In this document: in pieces, positions 21,444-30,464 of the stretch | Layout of the letters: the number at the start of each line of letters is the position of its first letter | Numbering within the stretch: the stretch's first letter is position 1 | Origin: a virus | Taxonomy: Duplodnaviria > Caudoviricetes | Direction: 5' to 3' (one strand) | IMG/VR virus record: IMGVR_UViG_3300042549_006840 | Span: 1,622-65,621 of that record | Length of the DNA: 64,000 nt | Program-made: the position numbers and the translations under genes | Notes under the pieces: generated by a model | The model's input: the letters and a program-made list of their open reading frames with translations, nothing else | Databases searched by the model: none | What the model was told of the DNA's origin: nothing

Positions 21444-21642
21444 TATTGTTCATTCCGTTAATTATTGTTCTCAACATATCTTTGATATCATCAACATCAC
21501 TACGTAGAGTATTTACCTCTTTCAAAGCATGGCGAAGCTCTCTACTCTTCTGTTCTTCAAAGATATGCTGTCTATAAGAAGCAGTATCCGTATTGATCAC
21601 TGCTTGTGTGTATGGATGTCTCTTTAACTTTGTAGTGTCCAT
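21424..21642 (-). CDS. Small conserved coiled-coil protein
   Basis: AVINTD...LRSDVDDIKDMLRTII; tightly packed in the operon. Confidence 0.65.
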   Translation of the reverse strand: MDTTKLKRHPYTQAVINTDTASYRQHIFEEQKSRELRHALKEVNTLRSDVDDIKDMLRTIINGMNNNGKSSS

Positions 21643-23906
21643 TATGCAGATACCGCAATTGCTCTATACTCTTCAACTCTTGGAACAAGATAGCTTGCAG
21701 AAGATAACAATACGATCTTAATTGCAAATACTTTGAATCCATCGTACTTAGCAAGAGATGAATTGAAATATCTCACAATGTTGTAATTTTGGTTGTTCAA
21801 GAAACCAGAGTTCTTATCTGTAATTACATCAATGTTTAAGCCAGATCCTCTTAAGCTTGAATTAGAAACTGCACTTGATACTGTTATTGTCGTTGTGTTG
21901 GAAGCAGTTACCGTATCAACAAAGAATGAATCTGGGAATGTTGGATTGTATACTTTAACAACAGATCCAGCAATAATGTCTGTATTGACTGTACTATAAC
22001 TTCCTGTAATTACATTTGTAGCTGTCGGAATACTGAATGTACCACTAGTCACCTTAGCACCAGCTTGCGCTGAAGGAATTACATACTTCAAATCAATAAA
22101 GTCGTTTGGATTAGAATCCAAACTGTTGATTGAAGATCCTGTTGGGATATCCAATGCTAACTTTGTCCAATTCTTTTGATTTAAGTTTTGACCATCTTCT
22201 TCACTCAATAGCTTAGCATAAACTTCAATATCGGTACCGGATGGTTTGAAAGCTGTCATGTAAACAATTAAGTCTTCTGCTACTTGATCAGTACCAAGAA
22301 TAACTGGCTTTGAAACATACTTAGAGTACGCAGACCCGTTTGCATATGCTTCGTTTGTTGATGTGTTATTAATAATGAATTGTTGAATACCTAAGTCCAA
22401 GTTTTCTTCCAAGACGTATGGAGAAACAAAAGGATTTTCTGAACTAAACTCTAACTTTGCATTGAAGCTCTTGGAGTTTGCAAAGAGGTTTGTTGAATTG
22501 TTGACTTCGTTTGATCTTGAAGCAATCATTGCTGGATAAGAAAGAAGTGCATTCTTGCCGAGATCAACCTCTGTCAAGTTGCCTGTGGTCTTAGCATAAG
22601 TTGTGTTTGCAAAGTTAACATAATATTTTGCCTTAGCTCCACTAGGAACCTTAACGTTAAAGTATGGAGCAAATCTTGAAATGCTAACATTTTCAATTGA
22701 GGAAACTGTAGCATTAGCTAATGAGTCGACCCCCTTGATAATCTTACTACCAGCAAAATACGCAGTTGTGTTCGCTGAAGAATCATACAACGTGAGAAAG
22801 TCACCATATGCTTTGAAGCTGTCCACCTTTGCAACAGGGGATACAAAGTAACCAGCAGTTGTATTTGTAAAAGATGGTACCACATCTAGCACCAATGTTT
22901 GGTTGCCTGAATCCACACTGACAACTTTTCTAACTTCAGTATTTCCATCAGTTCCATCAGAAATTACAATAAATGTGTTTGATGAAATGGAAGCAAAGTT
23001 TGTGTTGGTTCCCGTAATTGTGTTGCTAGATGAGTCAATTGCAATCGTACCTGTATTGAACTTTCTAATATTTACAGCAGAAGCTGTAGTCGAGAAAGTA
23101 CTCGTAACATTCATAAACGTTGTATTAGTTACAATGTTAACTTTTCTTACTTGAGAAACTGTGGAGTTGGCAACTACAACTAAGTCATTATTAGCAACAT
23201 CAGATGTAAAGGTTGTTGTTGTGCCATCAATGTTAGCACCACCTGAAGAAACTGCAACAGTACCAGTCAAGTTAGCTTGTTGTTGATAAACGTATTCACC
23301 ACCAATAAAAGTACCATTCACAGCACCTGATGTCAATTTTAAGAAATCATATGCCTCATTACTAATTGTAAAAGTATTGCTTCTTGCGCCAGTAAATTTA
23401 GCAACATTAATTTTAAACTTGTAATCCACATCGGAAAGAGGAGTTACGTCAAATCCATTTGTGATGTCGTAAGCATTTCCATCAACTTTACCAGAAGACA
23501 ACTTTGCAGCTACTCCTGTGTTAATATCAACTTCGTCTACTCGGTTTTTCCATAAAGAAAAAGACTCATCCGAATCAAACTTAATTAAGAATGCATATTG
23601 TTTGTTCGTTTGAAGAGGAACTGGGGTATCGAAAGTAAACTTAGTAGATGTATCAGCAGTTGCGCTAGTATTAATATTGTCATATTCAACACGCGCTAAA
23701 GTTTTAATATCCGCTGTATTCCAATTAGGAACATTATCCTTAACCTCACATATGTTCAATGAAACACTAGGCTTGGAAGACCCAGACTGCGTTTTGTTTG
23801 CAGTGGGCTTGTCTTTAAAGTATAGTTCTATACTCGTGACGAAAACGACTGAAGCTCCTTGAGCTGACGATGAGTCTAAAAAGAATGATTGAGCTTTATT
23901 GAACAT
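21642..23906 (-). CDS. Virion structural protein (C-terminal part of a VrlC-like baseplate protein)
   Basis: AQSFF..VFVTSIELYFKDK start; SKYVSK.V.L and FAIKIVL..VPRVEEYRAIA end. Confidence 0.65.
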   Translation of the reverse strand: MFNKAQSFFLDSSSAQGASVVFVTSIELYFKDKPTANKTQSGSSKPSVSLNICEVKDNVPNWNTADIKTLARVEYDNINTSATADTSTKFTFDTPVPLQTNKQYAFLIKFDSDESFSLWKNRVDEVDINTGVAAKLSSGKVDGNAYDITNGFDVTPLSDVDYKFKINVAKFTGARSNTFTISNEAYDFLKLTSGAVNGTFIGGEYVYQQQANLTGTVAVSSGGANIDGTTTTFTSDVANNDLVVVANSTVSQVRKVNIVTNTTFMNVTSTFSTTASAVNIRKFNTGTIAIDSSSNTITGTNTNFASISSNTFIVISDGTDGNTEVRKVVSVDSGNQTLVLDVVPSFTNTTAGYFVSPVAKVDSFKAYGDFLTLYDSSANTTAYFAGSKIIKGVDSLANATVSSIENVSISRFAPYFNVKVPSGAKAKYYVNFANTTYAKTTGNLTEVDLGKNALLSYPAMIASRSNEVNNSTNLFANSKSFNAKLEFSSENPFVSPYVLEENLDLGIQQFIINNTSTNEAYANGSAYSKYVSKPVILGTDQVAEDLIVYMTAFKPSGTDIEVYAKLLSEEDGQNLNQKNWTKLALDIPTGSSINSLDSNPNDFIDLKYVIPSAQAGAKVTSGTFSIPTATNVITGSYSTVNTDIIAGSVVKVYNPTFPDSFFVDTVTASNTTTITVSSAVSNSSLRGSGLNIDVITDKNSGFLNNQNYNIVRYFNSSLAKYDGFKVFAIKIVLLSSASYLVPRVEEYRAIAVSA

Positions 23907-23907
23907 A

Positions 23908-24276
23908 TTACACTGTTTTGTCTAATCCTAAAACTACAGCACCAAAGGATGTCGATGCATTGTAGTAATTGTCAGGCAATGTTGTTTGATTGATTGTCGT
24001 AACAACAATCTCTTTTTTTCCAGATTCAAGATTGCTAACTTTAACCGGAATACTTTCATACGAATTTGAAGATATTCCTGATGACAAATAAAAAATCACT
24101 TTTAAATTACCGTTTTCATCAGAGATTAAAGCCTCGCCTAGTTTCTTACCAAATTGTTTAACCATACTCGTTACCTTCACCCTATCAAAGTAAAAGTAAT
24201 GTGTGGTGTGAGGTCTTAAGCCATAAAACTCTAGAATTATGTCTCTCTCTTTGAATCGAAGTTTTCTTTGTCCCAT
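23908..24276 (-). CDS. Structural protein (middle part of a VrlC-like protein)
   Basis: GLRPHTTHYFYFD and LISDENGNL motifs. Confidence 0.55.
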   Translation of the reverse strand: MGQRKLRFKERDIILEFYGLRPHTTHYFYFDRVKVTSMVKQFGKKLGEALISDENGNLKVIFYLSSGISSNSYESIPVKVSNLESGKKEIVVTTINQTTLPDNYYNASTSFGAVVLGLDKTV

Positions 24277-24309
24277 AACTTTTATTTATAGATATTTCTA
24301 AAGAGTTTT

Positions 24310-27300
24310 TTAATATTGCATGTGTGAGAAATCTTCAACATACTTACCACCACCAGTGTCTCTTGTCATTGATGCTTCCTCAGCGTTAGCATCTGTTATC
24401 TGAATATATGGCTCAGATGTTGTTTGTGTCTGTGGGGGGTCGATTGTCGTGGTAACAACAATAACTTCTGCAGGTGTTGATTGTACCTCAGGTATTGAAA
24501 CTTTAGATGTAAGAACAACATCAAACACTGCCGTCTCATCACCAGCTCTGAATCCACTAAATTCAGGTACTCCGTATCTTGATTCAACCCACTCTTTATT
24601 ATTTTGATAAAACTCTGCTACAAAGTCAGCTTCATAGTATTCAACTGCACCATCTGTAATTACTCTAACCATAGCAGGTTTTGGTACGACAGGTTGTACG
24701 ACAGGAGGTTCAGGAGGCAGTACAATAATGGGGTCAACAGTATTGGGGGTAGATATAACAACAATAGGATCTGGTGGTGTATAAACATAATCATCAACAG
24801 GATAATATGTAACAGCAACAGTCTCAATTGCTGCTGGCACCGATCTAACAACTCTTGGTTCTGAAGCGCTCAATTGACTAACAATTGTATACTCTTCGTA
24901 TGGAAGCAAAAGAGTTTTATTTTGATGGATGTTATTTGCAGTAGAGGCATCAGATCTATCAAAAATACTCTCAACGTTAAAGATGGTTGTCAATGGCAAC
25001 AATTCACCATTCTGACTATCGATATAAGCAGTACTTTCAAGACTTGTTCTATCAACAACAAAGGCGTCATCAAAATTATCTACCAAGAACGCATTCTTAA
25101 ATCTATCTTTACCGGAATCGTTAGAACTAGGAATAACCAACTCTGTTATTTGCTTTTCTAGCGTATTCAATGCAACTTGCTTCTCTAGGCTGTCAATTCT
25201 TTTCTCAAGTTTGTTGATTTGAGACATTGAATAACGCTTTGGCTGAGATCTAGTATCAGCAGAAGAATTTAAGTTGTTAATAGTGTATGCTTGCTGTCTT
25301 CCATTAACAATAGAAGATTCATTACCAACTCTTTTATCCAAAATTTGGAAGGTTGTATTTGAAAGAGCAGAAGGCAGAGAAGGATATGGTGGAACAAACA
25401 ATCTGTTGACTGTAATGGAATCAGCAGGAGCTCCTGGATCCTTCAAGTTAGCAACGTCTGGTGCACCTTGGATAACAGAAATCAATGTATTTTTATTAAC
25501 AACAACCCTATCAATTCTGCTTCCGTAAAACTCAATGTCAAATGTAACTTGCGAATCGGGTACAGGGAAGTACTTTTCATCGCTATTCAATGTCTGAGTG
25601 TTAGCAGGGTTGACAGTTGCACCACCAACAGTAGTAGAGTAGGCAGCTGTATTGCTTGTAAATGGACGGAAGTCAAAAGTATCGATACCATCATAGTATC
25701 TACCATCAGATGTCAATACTTCAGGTACTTCTAAACGGTTGATGTATGTGTTGTTACTATAACCAGTGGCGTCATTTATAATGTCGTTGTATGAGTTAAT
25801 TGTAATGAAACCTTCGGATGTATTAACATCAAAAGCATCAAACTTTGCCAATAGCCATTGAGTATTGGAAATAGCTAGATCAGATCCCGGAACCAGTCTC
25901 AGTTCTGCATTTTTTACAACGTCACCGTCATTATATGAATTGACAAAGAAGTGTTTTGTTACATCTGTGCTCGAAGCTGTATTACCAAAGTATACAGCCT
26001 TCAATCTGAATGTGTCAGGAACACCTAGACTCCATGGACCAGTTGTGTTGTTACCTGCAGCGGAAACTGTTGTGTTATTTGCTGTGTATATTTTAACGTA
26101 CAAATCTCTATTCAAATCTTTATTAATTTGAACAGCTGATGGGATTCTAATATTATAGAATGCCACAACGTTAGCAGATGCTGTTAGAGTTTCACCTAAA
26201 TCAACAGTAGCAACAGCCGCATTGGCGGAAGTTGTAATTGTCCTTGCTGATCTGCTCAAATCTAAAGGATAGAAAGCAGGCAGGAACAATGCAGTATTTG
26301 TTGAGCTGTTTGCTGCAGTCAATGCTGAGTTAAGAATAATTAAAGTGTTATTAACAACATTTTCAACCCTCTTAACATCATATGATGTAGAGTTGGTGTA
26401 CACACTAATATAATCACCTGCTGCATAATCAGTCGCAAAAGCAGTTGAGGTTCCAACTAAATTTGCAGACGTTGTATTACCAGAACTGGTTCCTGTTGTA
26501 TTAGCAGTGTTAGTGTTGGAGACAGGAGCAATAATAAAGTCTGCTTTCTGACTTTCAGAAAGAGTCAACGAACCAGAATAAGGAAACGTATACGTTGTAG
26601 GAGCTGTAATCTCAATTGTGCCATTAGCATTGAGAGTTAAGTTTTCCGTCGATGTTCTGTATGTGTAGCTGATATCTGAAATAGACTTAACAGCCTTAAC
26701 ACCAGTCTTGAAAATAATATCTGGGTTGTTTGTGTCTTTCAATATGGCAACATTAACACTGGATGTGCCGTCAGCCTCAAGAACAGCATCGCAAATACCA
26801 TCATAAGTGCTGTCAAAGTAGAAACTCTTAACATCACTAAAAGACTTGCCAGCATTCATCGTGACATCAAACAGATACAATCTGTAAGTTGCATTTGGAG
26901 TACCAACAGTACCTGACTGATATACAATTGACCTCATTTTTGCAGAACCAATTAAAGTACCAGCAGGAGTAATGGCCCCAGTACCGACACTAGTCAGTAA
27001 AGTCTTTGCAGTATCATATAGGTTAACCGTTGTTCCTGACTTAAAGTCAAAGAATCCAGCAAGCTCTTTAACTACAACATAGTTACCATAATTGGCAGTA
27101 ATGGTTTGATTTGCTTTAGTAAAGACAGTGTTAGACTTTTGAACATCTTTTGATAGATTGCCACTAGTCTCAACTCTTTTACCACTAATGTAAGCAGTGC
27201 CTGGATCAACAACAACGGAAACATGCGTCGTGTTGGATACCTTTTCTTTGGTAGAACTTCTGAAAGGATCGATTACAAAATTGCCAGAGGATTCAAATGT

Positions 27301-28680
27301 TCTTGTTTCAAACTCTTTAGCTAACTGGTTGTAAACAGTGTTTCTGTTTTCTTTAGAGGCAACACCCTCACTAAATTCAACAAGTGATAAGAATTCAGAG
27401 TTTGCTGATCCAATGTCTGTGTTAACAACATACAACGTTGGTCTAATTCTTAAACGATCAGCACCAGGAGCTGTCTCATTATATGTGTTGGCGGCGTTGT
27501 CATACAATGATGAATCGGTTGTATACTTGACAATCGACTCATCAGAAGTAAATCCTACTGATATGTTGTCAGGTAATGTTGAATATTTTGATACAATAAC
27601 ACTCTGAGGAATAACACGAGAGAATGTTCCCTTTTGGTAAATTACACCTTCTGTAACACCAAAGGAATAACCGTATCCAACGGGATCGGTGAATGTGCCA
27701 GGTGCTACACGAACCTTTGCCTTGTATGATCTTGCTGCCAAATCTAGAGTGGATACTGAAGCAGATGCTGAGGCTGGTTTAATAACAACCTGTGGCAATG
27801 TTGTGTAATCTTTACCAGCATTCGACAAAACTAAGTTCTGAACTACGCCAAGTGAGTCAGTAATAATAGAACCAGTAGCTCCACTACCGATTTGAGAGAT
27901 AACATTAGCAACTGCACTAGAAGTATTGCCAGTGATGTTGTAACCTGTAGAAACGGTCCACGTGGTGGAATTGGCTGATGTATTTGCTAGCTGCTCTGAG
28001 TTGATTGGCTTAATAGAAAGAATCTTTGTATTTGCCGTAGATCCGTTTGAAATACCAACAATCTGTTGTCTAGCGCCCGATGTAGCTTGAGTAAAGATTT
28101 CACCATTTGTAAACGTACCACTGGATACCTGTACAGTGACAGCACTAATGACATGCAACGTATCTGAGTTAGCAAATCCAAGACCGCCGTTAGTAACATC
28201 AACATCAAATAGGTTGTTTTCTTTGCTAAAAATCTCTAACACATCGTCATTAGAGAATGCGCTCAGGCTGTAAGTATTTCCTGAGTTTGTATATTGCAGG
28301 AACAGAGTGTTTAAATCAGGACTCTTTGACTCAAAACCTGAAGCATAGTTAACAACAATAGCTTGAAGATTTGCTGAGTTCTTAACAAAGAAACCAACAT
28401 AATCTTGAGGATTGACTGGCTGTCCATCTTCTTGCAAATCCTTGATCTTAGCGTATGCTAGAAGAGGATTGTAAATAAAGTTAACACCGCTTACAATTGT
28501 ACCACTTTTAAAAACGTGATCTCCAAATCTTTCTACTTGCTTTTGGAGAATTGTTTGAAGTTGGTTTAATTCACGAGTTTGTAAGGCAACACCAGGCTTG
28601 AAGAGAATCTTATAAAAGTCCTTGTCTTCATTGAAATCATCCCAATAGGGAGTGGTGTTGAAATTGGTTTCTAATGACAT
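24310..28680 (-). CDS. DUF4815-like large baseplate-associated protein
   Basis: PYWDDF..KDFYKILFKPG..LQTRELNQLQTILQ, APGADRL, RTFESSGNF and RFKNAFLVDNF. Confidence 0.8.
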   Translation of the reverse strand: MSLETNFNTTPYWDDFNEDKDFYKILFKPGVALQTRELNQLQTILQKQVERFGDHVFKSGTIVSGVNFIYNPLLAYAKIKDLQEDGQPVNPQDYVGFFVKNSANLQAIVVNYASGFESKSPDLNTLFLQYTNSGNTYSLSAFSNDDVLEIFSKENNLFDVDVTNGGLGFANSDTLHVISAVTVQVSSGTFTNGEIFTQATSGARQQIVGISNGSTANTKILSIKPINSEQLANTSANSTTWTVSTGYNITGNTSSAVANVISQIGSGATGSIITDSLGVVQNLVLSNAGKDYTTLPQVVIKPASASASVSTLDLAARSYKAKVRVAPGTFTDPVGYGYSFGVTEGVIYQKGTFSRVIPQSVIVSKYSTLPDNISVGFTSDESIVKYTTDSSLYDNAANTYNETAPGADRLRIRPTLYVVNTDIGSANSEFLSLVEFSEGVASKENRNTVYNQLAKEFETRTFESSGNFVIDPFRSSTKEKVSNTTHVSVVVDPGTAYISGKRVETSGNLSKDVQKSNTVFTKANQTITANYGNYVVVKELAGFFDFKSGTTVNLYDTAKTLLTSVGTGAITPAGTLIGSAKMRSIVYQSGTVGTPNATYRLYLFDVTMNAGKSFSDVKSFYFDSTYDGICDAVLEADGTSSVNVAILKDTNNPDIIFKTGVKAVKSISDISYTYRTSTENLTLNANGTIEITAPTTYTFPYSGSLTLSESQKADFIIAPVSNTNTANTTGTSSGNTTSANLVGTSTAFATDYAAGDYISVYTNSTSYDVKRVENVVNNTLIILNSALTAANSSTNTALFLPAFYPLDLSRSARTITTSANAAVATVDLGETLTASANVVAFYNIRIPSAVQINKDLNRDLYVKIYTANNTTVSAAGNNTTGPWSLGVPDTFRLKAVYFGNTASSTDVTKHFFVNSYNDGDVVKNAELRLVPGSDLAISNTQWLLAKFDAFDVNTSEGFITINSYNDIINDATGYSNNTYINRLEVPEVLTSDGRYYDGIDTFDFRPFTSNTAAYSTTVGGATVNPANTQTLNSDEKYFPVPDSQVTFDIEFYGSRIDRVVVNKNTLISVIQGAPDVANLKDPGAPADSITVNRLFVPPYPSLPSALSNTTFQILDKRVGNESSIVNGRQQAYTINNLNSSADTRSQPKRYSMSQINKLEKRIDSLEKQVALNTLEKQITELVIPSSNDSGKDRFKNAFLVDNFDDAFVVDRTSLESTAYIDSQNGELLPLTTIFNVESIFDRSDASTANNIHQNKTLLLPYEEYTIVSQLSASEPRVVRSVPAAIETVAVTYYPVDDYVYTPPDPIVVISTPNTVDPIIVLPPEPPVVQPVVPKPAMVRVITDGAVEYYEADFVAEFYQNNKEWVESRYGVPEFSGFRAGDETAVFDVVLTSKVSIPEVQSTPAEVIVVTTTIDPPQTQTTSEPYIQITDANAEEASMTRDTGGGKYVEDFSHMQY

Positions 28681-28689
28681 CTAGTCCTC

Positions 28690-30450
28690 TTAAAACTTCA
28701 AAATTAGTTTTATAGATTCGGATTGGCTTGCACTTCTCTCAATCGGATCTACGTTTTCTATGTATAACACTTCTCCACTGCCCTGAACAATGTCTGATGG
28801 CAGACGACTATTCAGTGTAATGGATGCTCCTGAATTAACACCAATCATGGTGTTTCCAGTATTGAGTACACCTCTTAAATCAGTCAAGTAATAATAATTA
28901 GCATCGTTTGAATGGTAGTACGCATTAGCAACAGCTACATCTAGTTGGTACACCTTTTCATCTTCCACAAAACTACCAGAGCCTGCTGTGTATGTGTATC
29001 TTTCTCTGTTATCAAATGTGTTAAAGTCTTTTGCTTGATCATTGATAACATAGCTGATCGCGTTAGCAGTAGCTCCTGAAGTACCACCAGTAATAATTTT
29101 GTTAGTTACAAAAATACCTGTTACATTAGAAACTGATACTGTTGTAGTTGTACTTCCCTTTACAATACCAGTCGCATTGGAATCAGTTTGAGTAACAACT
29201 TCGTTATCAGTAAACACACCAGTAGGAGTAGCAATTGTCAAAGTTACATTTGCAAACAAAGGATCCTTTAGTAATCCAATTGTTCTATAATCATTTGAAA
29301 CTGGAATTGTACCTGATTCGTTATTGGCAAAAGTCACACTGATGCCTAGGTACTTACCACCTAGTTCAAATTCAGGATCCTTACCGTGGCCACCTTTAGG
29401 TCCCAATACAACATAAACGGAGGCTGCATTTGAAACACCACCTGTATTACCAAGAATGGTTGTAGTAGCATAAGTGTAACCAGCACCTCTTTCAATAATT
29501 TCAATTCCAGAAATTGAATTAGAAGAGTTTGTATTAACTAAAGCTCTAGCAACAGCACCAGTTCCGTCACCTTCAATTAACACCGAGGGAGTGATTTCAT
29601 ACACCGATGTAATATCCGGAGTTATACTGAATCCGCTATCAACTGTAATTTTTTTCTGAGTTCCAATAACCGTGTAATCAATAATCTTTTTTACTTGTCC
29701 TAAACCAGTTCCACCTTTAATGTAGATGTAACTGTTATCATAGAAATTATTGGATGCAACAGCATTGTTTGCAATCGTAAATATTGTTGGGTCTCCACCA
29801 ATAGTCAAATCAGAAGAAATAAACGTATTGGAAAGATATGTGTTATAGTTTGATCCAGCATAACTAACTAAAACAACATCAATTGATCCTGAAACAGCAT
29901 TGCCCGACACATTTGCGTTTGGAATTACAGGGACATATTCATCTGTAGCAAACTTAGTAAAGTTTGAGCTATCAATCGTGTACATATACTTCCAAACATA
30001 TCCATCGGAAGTACTATAAAACTCATCATCAGCACCAGTATCATTGAAGTTTGGTGATATGGTTGAAGGTGCACCATTATTATTTCCAAGCACCTTAAAC
30101 ACGTGGAAAGAGGATACGGCATTGACTACAGCATAGTAATTATTTACAGTAATATCTGTGTTACCACTGTAAGCTGTGTAAACAGTATTTGATACCCAAT
30201 CATATCGCGGAATCATTACCTTAACATCACTATTAGAAACCTTTTTTCCAAAAACCATCAATTTGTAAGGATCAATATTAACCGTGTCATTGGTGTTTGT
30301 TAAATTAGGAATGGTTTCATCACCACCAGAATAAGGTGTATGACGACCAGCAAACACGTAATAAATGCTGTTAGCAGTCTCAGAGATAGACTCTCTGAAC
30401 TGCTTAGCGTTATGCAAGTTTAGATAATTGGTAACTAGTTTTGTAGACAT
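28690..30450 (-). CDS. gp8: Baseplate wedge subunit
   Basis: IPRYDW, DGYVWKYMYTI and SGEVLYIEN..PIER.ASQSESIKLILKF. Confidence 0.85.
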   Translation of the reverse strand: MSTKLVTNYLNLHNAKQFRESISETANSIYYVFAGRHTPYSGGDETIPNLTNTNDTVNIDPYKLMVFGKKVSNSDVKVMIPRYDWVSNTVYTAYSGNTDITVNNYYAVVNAVSSFHVFKVLGNNNGAPSTISPNFNDTGADDEFYSTSDGYVWKYMYTIDSSNFTKFATDEYVPVIPNANVSGNAVSGSIDVVLVSYAGSNYNTYLSNTFISSDLTIGGDPTIFTIANNAVASNNFYDNSYIYIKGGTGLGQVKKIIDYTVIGTQKKITVDSGFSITPDITSVYEITPSVLIEGDGTGAVARALVNTNSSNSISGIEIIERGAGYTYATTTILGNTGGVSNAASVYVVLGPKGGHGKDPEFELGGKYLGISVTFANNESGTIPVSNDYRTIGLLKDPLFANVTLTIATPTGVFTDNEVVTQTDSNATGIVKGSTTTTVSVSNVTGIFVTNKIITGGTSGATANAISYVINDQAKDFNTFDNRERYTYTAGSGSFVEDEKVYQLDVAVANAYYHSNDANYYYLTDLRGVLNTGNTMIGVNSGASITLNSRLPSDIVQGSGEVLYIENVDPIERSASQSESIKLILKF

Positions 30451-30464
30451 ATATCTTATTTATG

